From Camelus ferus (taxonomy: Eukaryota), in assembly GCF_009834535.1 (NCBI RefSeq), contig NC_045697.1:71240001-71304000 (forward strand): a DNA stretch of 64,000 bases, in the 5' to 3' direction. The translations under genes were made by a program, and so were the position numbers. Shown in pieces: positions 39,271 to 50,010 of the stretch. Under the pieces are notes generated by a model. The model saw only the letters and a list, made by a program, of their open reading frames with translations. It made no database searches and was not told the DNA's origin. Numbering within the stretch: the stretch's first letter is position 1; every line of letters begins with the position of its first letter.

Positions 39271-40711
39271 TCTGTTCGGTTTATGCTCAGATGTGAGCAA
39301 CCGTAGGAGACAGTAAGCTTCCCACATACCCTCCAACCCCTCTCCCCAGCAGACGATCAGAGGACAGGCTCTAGGCCAGACGGAGAGTTAGATTTCCAAC
39401 GTTTCTTCTAGCTTCAAAATTTTCATCACTTTAGATTTACATCTCATTTACAAGCTAAATAAAGGAGGATCATGTGTTCTCTCCATTCAGAAGATCCTTA
39501 CCATCCATGCAGTGTTAAATGTCTCTGACTAGTTAAAAAAAAAAAAAAAAAGCCACCTAAATCCCTAATGATTCCAGTGTTTTCTCATATTCACTCGACA
39601 GTGGTGATGGATAACATCAGAGTGTGATCCACCGTAGAAAGAGGCTTTCTAATCATAAAATCTATAGTTAAATCACCACTCAACCTTTTCCTTTAAAGAC
39701 TGAATAATCTCAGTTCCCATCACAATTTGAAGTCCTTTAATCACTTGGAGGGGGCCACTTTTTTCCCCCCAACATGGTCCGAATCTTCCACATCCATTTC
39801 TAGAAATGCATGTGGCCTGAGACAGTTACTCATGTCGAATTCTGACCGGAGGTGAGGACAAGAGCAAGTCCCTCCAGGTTGCTAAGCGAAAACCCGGCAA
39901 AAGTTGACAAGGATGAGACTTTGTGTAGGAAACCACAGTTTCCCTGGTCTTCAACTCCTTGAAGGTAAAGTATTTCTGTACTAGGGAGACATTAAATCCT
40001 GGCTCATAAATCAGAGCTTGGAAAGCCCTGGCCGACCTGCTTCAATGAGGAGCCAGGTGACCAAGTCTGGGCTGGTGCAGATCCATCCGCGGTCCTCGGG
40101 GAGAATGGGCAGAAGGCGGGGCTGCACCACACAGCCTCCAGGCTGATGTGGGGCCCAGGGCTGAGCTCTTCTCGCCGGATTCACCACGCCGACGTGCCGC
40201 CAGGGGGGCTGACTCGTGAGCCGCCCATACTCGGGGGCCCGAAGACTTTTTACCATTACTACCCAGACACCTCGTATCGGGGCCTGCAGCACGTCTTACA
40301 TCTCTGTTCTGATTCCTAAACGTATTAACTTTAATTCATTTGCATTTGTGTGTTTCTCTAAGTGAGCAATACAATTGTGAAGTCTAATCTGGGCCTCCCC
40401 GATTCTTGCCACAATAGCTCTCCCCACAACTGGGTGTCATCATCAGTCTTCCTGAGGGAAAAACATCGCCTACCTTTGAGTAAACCGACCTACACATCCT
40501 TTGCCTGACACTGACTCATTGAAAACCAAGCACTCCCTGGGTAAGCCACTCCTGCCAGTTAGGCTTCTGCAAGCTGGCTACTGGGCAAAAAAACATATAA
40601 TGCCCAACTAATGAAACAGGGCATTTCAAAACTCATGTGAAAAAGCCCTTTCACAGGATTGGTACTTGCCAATCACACTCACCATGTTTGTAAGCCACCC
40701 ATGATGTAAAA

Positions 40712-40791
40712 TCCTGACTCAGGTTCTGTCATTTTAAGAGAATCTATTGTGCTTTTAATTTAATTTGATGAAATGGCATAGCTCACAAGAC
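40712..40791. repeat. 80-bp direct repeat, copy 1
   Basis: Matches 41312-41390 with 4 substitutions and one 1-nt indel. Confidence 0.93.
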
Positions 40792-40854
40792 AAAATTTTA
40801 TAATAGAAAAGAACCCTATAATTTAAGAATGTAAATTCCTCTTGCCCTTCATCT

Positions 40855-41135
40855 GTTATTTCATTTATTTAACAACCACATATCAAATGCCTGCTCTACA
40901 GTAGGACCTGTGCTCCGGCTAAAGATACAAAGATAAGTGGAACCAATCCCCACTCTTCTGGGCTCTCCGTCTCCTGGGGAGGAGAGGCAGACAGGTAAAC
41001 AAATCATCACAGCAACACGCTCTACTCAAGGTGTCCTCTATGAGCAGGAAGAGACTGAGTCCCTTCACTCCAACTGAAGGTATCAGGAGACCCGAGTCCC
41101 AGAGAAGGTGACATGTGAACTACAGCTGGAATCAT
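40855..41135 (-). mobile_element. L2 3' fragment between the two direct repeats
   Basis: ttcatttatttaacaaccacatatcaaatgcctgctct...aggcagacaggtaaacaaat...agagaaggtgacatgtgaact. Confidence 0.6.
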
Positions 41136-41311
41136 GAGAATTAAATGATGAGAACTGTTATCACGCCAATGATCAGACCCACACAGAGGAGGTATGAGTA
41201 TACTTTAATTTATTAGCATTAAATACGCGTAACAGAACAACAAGGCCAGGTGTAATGATAATTAAAAAATTAATTCCTTTGCAAAAAGCAAACAATAACA
41301 TGAGCCTGAAG

Positions 41312-41390
41312 TCCTGACTCAGGCTCTGTCATTTAAGAGAATGTATTGGGCTTTTAATTTAATTTGATAAAATGGCATAGCTCACAAGAC
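41312..41390. repeat. 80-bp direct repeat, copy 2
   Basis: Matches 40712-40791. Confidence 0.93.
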
Positions 41391-44300
41391 GTTTAAAAAC
41401 AAATGTCAACGGATGGCTTAAAGCCCACTGAGGAGAATATAGGAGTCAGCAGAGTTGGTGCCACCTTTTTTAACTTCTCCTAGCCCATCTACCTTTCCAC
41501 TGGATAGCATTCAGTGATGTTTTGGGGGCCAGAGGAGGGCAGGAGGTTATGTTGGAGAAGGCTGCATTTCTGGATTACAAAAACTTTACAGAAAATGATA
41601 AATTGAGATGGAAACAAAAAAAAAAGAGAATTTTGCTCTGTTTTCGTTTGGGGTTTTGGGTTTTTTGTTTTGGTTTGGTTTGGTTTGGTTTTTTCCCATG
41701 AAATTTGCCAGGTCATTTTCCCTTTAAGTCCAAGTCTGGACAATACTTAAAACAGATAAATCACCCAATAAATCACACGCTGAAAGATTAACATATCTTT
41801 TCTCACTTGTCAAAAATTGATCAGCCTAAGGAAAAATACAACAAAAATTGAAAGAAAGCTTTCAAGTTCAAGCAAATATGCTAAGTTGAAAAGGATTTAG
41901 CCTTTTAAACTCAGCTGGCATAAAGCCAGTCCAAATGACCAAACCACAAAACTGCCCTCAGTCTAACTGTGTCACCTTAGTAATGCCTCCTTCTCAGACC
42001 CCATTCCCTGATGTGGCTGGAGAAGGGAACATTCCAATTAACCAGCAGTCACTGTAGAGAACCACTTACAGAGAATCAGAATATATAAAATACACTCAAA
42101 ATAAACATATAACGTGTCTCCATTTACAGCTTCAGGAGGCACATGATAATTTTGCACTGTCCAAATCATTCAACAAGAATTTATTCGGTGCATAATAAGC
42201 AGGCCATTGAGCTACGCACCATTGGTTCAATGACCATATTTCCCAAACTAAAACTTAGAACACACATATTAATGACTTATTTTATGTAACTTCCAAGTAT
42301 ATACAGCAAACTGGGAGACACAGTTTAGACACTGATACACTGTAATTTCCAAAACATTCTAATACTATGTCAAGACACCTAAACATTGTAAATCAGAAGT
42401 AGTAGCTCCTCCCCAAAAAAGAAAAACTGGAGATATCCAATCACTGTAGAAAGAGACTCTGAAATTTTTAGAATCCTGGAGCTGATGGGAATTTTTTTTT
42501 AATTTAGCTCCATATGAATAAAACCATCAACCATCACTCTTCTGGCTTCAAAACCTAAGAAAGTTTTGAAACTGACAAACACGGAAAGGTGTTTGTATGT
42601 CATAATCTCAAGGCAGCTGTTAACATAAATCTCTGATACCTACTTGTTCGTTTCGCTCTTTTGCAGTATGTGCAGAATTTCCAGTTGCAAGGGATAGTTG
42701 GTAGAAAGTCAGATAGACCATCTTTTAAAACAGAGTTGCAATATATTTTTTCTGTGAAACAAAAGCACGGACTAGAGAAATAAAAAGAAGAAAAACATAA
42801 AGTTCTATTTCTCTCTATGATGGTCTCAAAAAGAATCCATCCAATTCCAGAAACACAGCCTTTCAATAACGGATTACTGTTTCCTCAGTCAGGGTTTGTA
42901 TGTTTTTAATATCAAAGGCTTGAGTGTGCATTTGTGAAATGGATTTGAAATCCTAGCAACAGATCTACATTCTCAAGTTGATAGTCCATCTGATTTAAGC
43001 CATTACTCAGAACACCTAACCATGGAGGAATATGAAATGTTTTATTTGCCTTCTTACATGAAATATAATTGACGGCTTATTGATCAACACAGCCTGTATG
43101 AATACAGGAGATGGAAATATTGTAAACGAAAATGGGTTAAAAATGCTGAAAATGCAGAGACTACTAAAGACAATTTACAAACCAAAACCCTGTTGTAGTG
43201 CCTACATCATTCACCTGATGACTGTATTTTTTAAAAAGGAGTAAACTCCTAAGAAGCACTGATATTCTCACTTGAGCTTTCCCTAGAAATTAACGAAATC
43301 CTCAAACCAGAGCAACAATCTGGGCCATCATCTGTAGTCCAGACAAAGTCTTATAATAATACCCTTCAAAATAAAAGTACATAAAACTCCTTAGGAGGAG
43401 AGTATGCTATTTGTATTTCTGCGTGTATATTTACCTGAATAGAAAACAATGTTTAACAGTTTTCCTTTAGTGAACCTCATGCCAAGATCAAATGAGGTAA
43501 CGGTTATCATCAGAATTTAAATTCCTGCTAAATACAGAAACAGAAAAGCTTCCCCTAGTAAAACTATTTTATATTGCTAGTAATTCAGTAAAGAAAATTC
43601 GGAAACAAAATGTGATTATCTTAAATATTACCAAAAGAAGTGACAATTTCAAACAGGTTCTCAACAGAGAGGCGCAGCTTTGCCAGAGCATAGGATTTGC
43701 TTATACTTAGCTCTACTCTAGTCCCACCTGTGACTGAGCATTCTGTCTACTGTCTCCATTTCAACTATAAAATGTGTCACTATGAGCTATCATTGTAGAC
43801 CCAAGGCATTCGTGGATTTCAGTATTAATGGTTCTGACTATTCTTGTGCCCTTGTAAATACATTAATACGTTGTCATTTGTAATTCTGTGTCGGCAGTGA
43901 CTGGATTGCTGTTCCCAGGCCAGTGGATCAAGTGTAACCTTTTGGGCTCTCAACTCCCATTTAATGATCTTCTGGTTCTCACAAGGGAGTAGTGAGTACA
44001 ATCCCTGCCGTTTTACATACGGGAAAAGGAGCCTGTGGCGTTATAATACATTAACAATGGAATTAACAGGAAGCTGGAATTCAAAATCTCACCATATTCT
44101 TCTTGAATACCAAGAGACTGCTACGCCAGAAAGTTGCTGAAAAAATTGACAAGATGATTTTTTAGTTTTTATCCAAGTTCCATATCGTGAATCATCATCA
44201 CTCTTTACAGTTCTGGAAGTGTCCAATATTTTCACAGAACTTTCAAAATGGTAATTTAACTGGACTTGCTAAAAGGAGAATGTGTCTAGAAAAATGCTAT

Positions 44301-47300
44301 TTTCCAATGAGGTCACTCTAAATGGATTCTTTATCTGGTTTCATAATTAGTTTCAACTTTACACATGGTTGACACAAAAAACGATAAGGAAAAGCCTCAG
44401 AGGCCAATTATATAAGTTATAAATGCATACTGTATCAAAAGTCATATTTCATATCTCTAAAACTACAAATAAAAACAGGTCATAAAGTAACAAATAGATT
44501 TTAAAAGGCATATTTTTAAACTATATAAACAAATGCTAGAGTAAACCTTTAACTAGATTCTATGGTGTTACTTTTTTCATATTGTAACTGGATGTCTCAA
44601 TATAAATTGCTCTTTAAAGTAGAGGTTCCTAAAAAGCTATTTTTTTAAATGTTAATTCTTCTAATTAATGGCAATTTAGAACACAGAATGTTTTGGAAAA
44701 AATGCACTTGTGTTACATTTACTTTATAGTAGAAATCCGGAAATATTAATGAATATATCAATCTAATTTGTAATCAAGTATTAATTTGCATGCTGTTCAC
44801 TAAGTCTTGAAAAGAATTTGTTCTCTTTTTATTTAACCATGCCCAGATCGTGTTGTTTATTGTATTAATTAGGTTAGCAGGCCCCTTCACATCCAGTGCT
44901 GATGTAAACTTCAGCCACCAAACACTGATATTTAGTCATAGTTTCAATTAATGGCACTGACTGACATTGAATTAATGCAGTTTTACTGTACACAAAGGGA
45001 AGACCAGATCCATGGAATAACTCAGCTGATGGTAAACATTAGTAAAATAAATTCACAATGAGCTCTTCTTGATACACTGCAAAGAAATGGCTTTGTTTAT
45101 ATTCCATTTCAGGATCCAAACATGACAGTTATCACTGATGTAGCATATTTTTGTTTTCTCATTAGGTAGTATTACTAGTCTCATTCAGCTAGAAACACTA
45201 GTGGCTTGAATTTCTATTGACTTAATATTTCACTTAGCTACAATCTGCTTGCTTGTGTGATCCCAGATATCCTTCTAGAATTTCCTACGTGTTCTTTGTC
45301 TATACAAATAGTATACAAGCTGACAATACAAAGAAAGACAGCTTTTTATTTATTTATTTATTTTGCATTCCCAACAGTCAAAAGCAATCTGACATAAAGT
45401 ACAAGAGTGCTGTACCTAGAGTTTTTGAGAAACTCTCCCAAATTATTCCCAGGAATTTACTCCTCAGCAACCTGCCAAGGTATTTGTAATTTTTACCATT
45501 AAAGTCAGTTTGAGCTAAGGTGAAAGGCCCACCCATTACAATATACTTGGAGACAGGAAGACAGGAAAGGGCAAGAGATGTAACAAGGTAGCTGACTCAT
45601 CATTCACGTTTCAATTCCCTTAAGTGTTTTATTGTCCTATAGCAAAGTTCTACAGCCAGTAGGGAATGTTAGGGCCAAACAAAGAAGAGTTAAAGGCAGG
45701 AACAGACAGGGACACGGGAAGGAAAGCCAGAGTTTGGAACAAGGCCTGGGGAGCACCACTGCAGAGAAAAATCAGACTATCAGACATAAGGGGAGAAGGG
45801 TTCCGTGAAATAGTTTTTCTCTTGTTTATTGCCTTCAATCTTTTACCTTATAGTTATGCAATGTTTCTTTTAAGTAAATGGATCAAATGATTCTGATTCT
45901 CAACAAATGGCACTACCAAGATGTTTTCTCTGAATTTGTACACTTTCAATTATTTTTATCCAAGAACAGTCAAAATGAAACAGCCTCAGTTGTTAGATGA
46001 AGTAACTTTCTGACATTATCTAAATGAATGCCATTCCATTCCATTTTTAAGGTTCAAAAAAACTAACCACCATCTGTGAACACACTCAAGAAGATGCTGA
46101 ACATCTGAGAAATTACAGTTAGTTGAGACTGAAACTCAACCTACCTATCTTTCTAAAGTCACGTTCTGGAAATACCAACCAAGAAAGCTGTCACATCATC
46201 GCATTACTACAGCAAAACCACGAGCACAGCTTTACTTGTAAATAGCAGTTTGTTATACAACAGAAGCCAGATCACACTAATGAAGATAACTGTAGACAAA
46301 TGTCATGGCCTGCCACAGTAATAACAATCCATTTTCTTCTTATTTCTATATGTAAGCAAATATTATCTGTACTTTGTAAAAGGATAAGAATGCTTAAGGA
46401 GCACAAAAATTTCCCTTGCCTGCATTAAAAAAAATAAGTCAATCTCAGACCACTGTGATAAAGTTCCAACAAAATTTAAAGTCATGGCTTCATGGCCTTG
46501 TGAACTATGTCTTATCTAGTTTTGTAAATGGGAAAAATTGTTTGGCAATCTGTTTTCCATTCAGCAAATATGTACTTTCTAGTCACTAAGCATACACATA
46601 CATATTCAAGTGGAAATGCTATTTCACAACAGACTGATAATCGAAATAGGTTATCATCTCAAATAATCATAAAAATCAGGATTCTCCAATAAAACTTTTT
46701 TCTATAAACAAAATTTCATATGTAAAATTTTACATCAAGATTTCTATCAAAATATATGCAAAATTAACTTTTCCTCTTTTGAGTCTATTACACCCTCTGC
46801 ATTTCAGTTCTGCAAAAATATGTAAACCAAATTTTTTGAATTATGAGTGGTCATGTGTATATATAACGAAAAGCCCTTTATGATTATATATATATATATA
46901 TAATACAGCATTGGAAAAAAGGCAAGACAAAATAGCCATGGAATGGTTCAATGGGCTCTTTCACATCACCTGGTAAAGACACCAAGCCAGAATGTATGAA
47001 CAATTATTTTCACATTCTTCACTTGATGACAATTTTATATTTACGTTAAGAATACATACTTTGTGACTTAAAACAGAGAACTGGCCTTATATATGCACAT
47101 ATGAGTGTGTTCTAATTACTCACACATTTTACTATCCTTTGACACATTTACTGCTATCATTTGAATTGTAGCCTTTACACCGAGTGTTTTGAAAAAAGGT
47201 GATCTTAATATACAGACTGGAGTTACAACTAAACTTCACACATTAGGGAGATAGTTGTTATTCTCTGATATTTCAACAAAAGGTCTTGCTTTTTTAAAAT

Positions 47301-47748
47301 GTCAACAGAGGCCCTTAATACAAAACTGTTCTTCTGTATGAATTTTAATTTACTGTTTACATGAGAATCCATGCCTGCAGATCAAAGAGCTGTGCATCAG
47401 CAGACCTATTTCGAGTCATTTTTGCAGAGATGTTACCTCCTTATCTTGATGAGTCTACGAATACTGCACTGAAGCAGGAAGGATTCTAATAGAACCAAAA
47501 CAAGACACACACACACAACACCACACACACACAACACCACACACACACACACAATTACTTTAAAAAACTGAGCAAACCTGAATGGAGCAATGAACACTCT
47601 GAAGCCCCAGAAGGACCATGCATGGTCTTTAGGTTGCTAGGTTACTTCACCTAAGAGCTCACGGTGTAAATGACTTCATTGCCTTGCACTCTACTTGCAT
47701 GCTCAGGCCACAGTAGATACTATCTCTGTTCTACACACAACACACTGG

Positions 47749-47751
<3 letters not shown>

Positions 47752-47789
<38 letters not shown>
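47752..47789 (+). repeat. (AC)19 microsatellite at the intronic edge of the CpG island
   Basis: Read directly. A second compound CA tract lies at 47505-47553. Confidence 0.95.
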
Positions 47790-47792
<3 letters not shown>

Positions 47793-49018
47793 ATCTACAT
47801 CAGTCAGCGCTACTTCCAATTTCAGAGGCCCGCTCCGCGCGTAGCCCGTGCCCATTCCTGCCCTGCGTCCTGACCCCAAGAGTGAGGGATACTACTTAAT
47901 CCTGGCATATCTGTTCTGTTGCCTCATCCTTCCAGGATTCGTCGGGTGGTTCCTCCCCCACTCCACCACGGACTACAACGAGGACGGCGGATTCACTGAT
48001 GCGAGAGAGAAGGAGACTACTCTGTCCCCTTCCTCACCCACGGGGCATCCCGGCTTCTCTTGGCCAGAAACCTCAAAGCCATCCCCGCCAGGAGTCTGTG
48101 ATCCTGGGGCGGGGGAGAAAAGCCAATGGTAGAAATCGAATAGCACGTTTAACAAGCGGGTGCCAGGGGCACGGAAGAAGCGAGGGGGGTGAGGTTACCC
48201 CCGGGGAGGTGTGCTCCAGCAGGGCACCATTCAAGAGCAATGACAGGTCGGCGGCGGACGCCTGGGGGTGGCGAGGGAGGTTTGGGGAACTGCTTTCCTT
48301 GTCTTTCTCAGGGCCTGCGGGGGAATCCCGGGCGGCGGCGGCGGCGGGGCTCTCGGGTCGTTCCCCGCCTCCCGCACCCCCGGCGCGTCCCCTGGGCCGC
48401 CCCCTCCCTGCGGCCGCCCCCGCCCCGCGCGGAAGGAAGAGCGGGGCTCCCCCCACGCTCTCCCGCTCTCTCGCGAGTCCTGTGCAGGCCCTTTCGGGGG
48501 AGGAAGAGGGGGCGCGGAGGGAATTGCTGCAATGGAGCGCCGAGAGAACCCTGCCCGAGCGAGGCAGGCGGTGGAAAGCCACGGCCACATAAAAATGCCA
48601 TATTAATTTTTTAAAAGCCATAAATCACCCCTCCCTCTGCAAAAGAAAACCATAAACCCGATCCCATGCAAGCCCGCGAGCAGCCACCCACTTCCTATTT
48701 CTGTCACAGCAGCTACACCCTGCCAGCAACCACCCCCCGGGCGCCCCCTCCCGCCACCGCCACCCCCGCCACCACCTCCCCGCTGCTCAGCCATTTGCCA
48801 ACTGACGCCCCCGTAAATAAAAATGCCCCAAGTGGGGCTGGGTGGGAAGCGTGGGGGGAGGGCGAGCGAGGGAGGGGGGTTCGAGGGTTGCACAATATCC
48901 TAGAAGGTCCGTAGCCCGAGCTGGGAGAGAACCCGGGGCGGGGGGAGGGGAGGCGAGGCGAGCCGCCCCGGTGCCTGCGGCACATCATGCACCCGGGCGA
49001 CCGCGGCGCGCCGCTTAC

Positions 49019-49076
49019 CTTTCACCACCCTGTCCGTCGTCGACAACTTGGGATCAATTGCCTTGGGCTCGGACAT
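49019..49076 (-). CDS. PPP3CA: First coding exon of calcineurin A alpha (PP2B catalytic subunit alpha); 58 nt, ends in phase 1
   Basis: The minus strand reads ggagATG TCC GAG CCC AAG GCA ATT GAT CCC AAG TTG TCG ACG ACG GAC AGG GTG GTG AAA G|gtaagc. This gives MSEPKAIDPKLSTTDRVVK, the known PPP3CA N-terminus, followed by a consensus donor (GT at 49018-49017). Confidence 0.97.
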
Positions 49077-49250
49077 CTCCAGCCGCCGGGGGACAGCGAC
49101 GCGCTGCTTGTCCGTCCTACTGCACACCCCGACAGGACCGGCGGGCCAGACACTCAGCTCCGCCGCCGCCGCGCTGCAAACCGCTTGGCTGGACGTCTGG
49201 GCTCTCAGCTGGCTTTAAAGTTACTGCCTTCTCCACGCGTCCCTCCTGCT

Positions 49251-49276
49251 CCGCCGCCGCCGCCGCCGCCGCCGCC
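49251..49276 (-). repeat. (CGG)8 tract in the 5' UTR
   Basis: Plus strand reads (CCG)8CC. Confidence 0.95.
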
Positions 49277-49594
49277 TTCACTCCTCCTCTGCCGCCGCCA
49301 GCCCCGCCGACTCTGCTCCGGGCTGCGTGTGTGTGGTGGTTATTTATTTATTTTCTAAGCACGCCTCTCGGTTCTTCTTTTATTCTTGGGGGAAGGGGGA
49401 TGGGGAGGGGAAGAGCACACACGAGCACCCACCCTGGCGCGGAGATCCGGCACCGCGGAATGGAGCCCCACGCGCGCACACTGCTGGGATTAAGACGGAT
49501 CACATGGGGAGGGCCGGGGGCGAGGAAGGAGAGGCTGGGCGGCCGATGTCAGTGCCACCAGCCGCGCCTTGGCGTCCCCGGCGGCGGAGAGACG

Positions 49595-49675
49595 GCCGCC
49601 GCTGCTGCTGCAGCTGCTGCCTCCGCTGCTGCTGCTGCTGCTGCCGCCGCCGCCGCCGCTGCCGCTGCCACTGCT
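49595..49675 (-). repeat. Compound interrupted CGG/CAG tract in the 5' UTR
   Basis: Plus strand is a run of GCC/GCT/GCA triplets (poly-Ala frame on both strands). Confidence 0.92.
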
Positions 49676-49836
49676 TCCCCACACCCGAGCGCCGCCGCTG
49701 ATCCGCAGCCGCCGGAGACGTCCCGCCGCCGCGCTCGCCTGCGCTCGTCTCTGCCTCCCCGCGTCGCTCCTACACTCACACAGGCACAGCCGCGGAGCTC
49801 GGCAGACACAGTCCCGGACGCAACCTACCCTCCGCT

Positions 49837-49885
49837 GCCGCCGCCGCCGCCGCCGCCTCCGCCGCCGCTCCCGCCTCCGCCTCCT
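49837..49885 (-). repeat. (GGC)7 plus a degenerate GGC/GGA tract near the inferred TSS
   Basis: (GCC)7 at 49837-49857, followed by a TCC/GCC mix. Confidence 0.92.
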
Positions 49886-49945
49886 CCCCTTCCTCCTCCC
49901 GGCCCCCGCCTCTAGCGCTCCGGCAGCCACCTCCTCCCCGCGGAG

Positions 49946-50010
49946 CCCGCCCCCTGCGCCCCGCCCCGACGTTGGAGCTGCAGGTGTTCATTGGCTAATG
50001 CGCGCGTCAC
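49946..50010 (-). promoter_or_regulatory. TATA-less proximal promoter: two GC boxes, a CCAAT box and a GCGCGC/TGACG element
   Basis: CCCGCCCC at 49946-49953 and CCCCGCCCC at 49959-49967 (Sp/KLF). ATTGG at 49990-49994 reads AGCCAATG on the minus strand (NF-Y). tgcgcgcgtca at 49999-50009. Confidence 0.6.

Larger units (their letters stand above)
1..49018 (-). other. PPP3CA: PPP3CA intron 1 (partial; continues beyond the window start)
   Basis: Follows the exon 1 donor. I found no sequence encoding the exon 2 peptide (AVPFPPSHRL...). PPP3CA intron 1 is known to be very large in mammals. Confidence 0.88.
49077..49920 (-). other. PPP3CA: Long GC-rich 5' UTR part of PPP3CA exon 1 (TSS inferred, about 49900-49930)
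   Basis: Contiguous with the ATG and contains CGG/CAG tracts. GC boxes and a CCAAT box lie just beyond 49945. The exact TSS is not visible in the sequence. Confidence 0.7.

Noticed and set aside
47999..48621. Overlapping 100-200 aa ORFs on both strands in the intronic CpG island
   Set aside because: Stop-codon scarcity in very GC-rich DNA gives Arg/Pro/Gly/Ala-rich strings in every frame.
48900..49018. ORF-track continuation after ...VVK (GKRRAAVARV...)
   Set aside because: Read-through of the exon 1 donor into intron 1, not the PPP3CA protein.
48842..49915. 357-aa + strand ORF with poly-Ala and poly-Pro
   Set aside because: Antisense shadow of GC-rich exon 1, with a non-ATG start, low complexity from triplet repeats and no recognisable domain.
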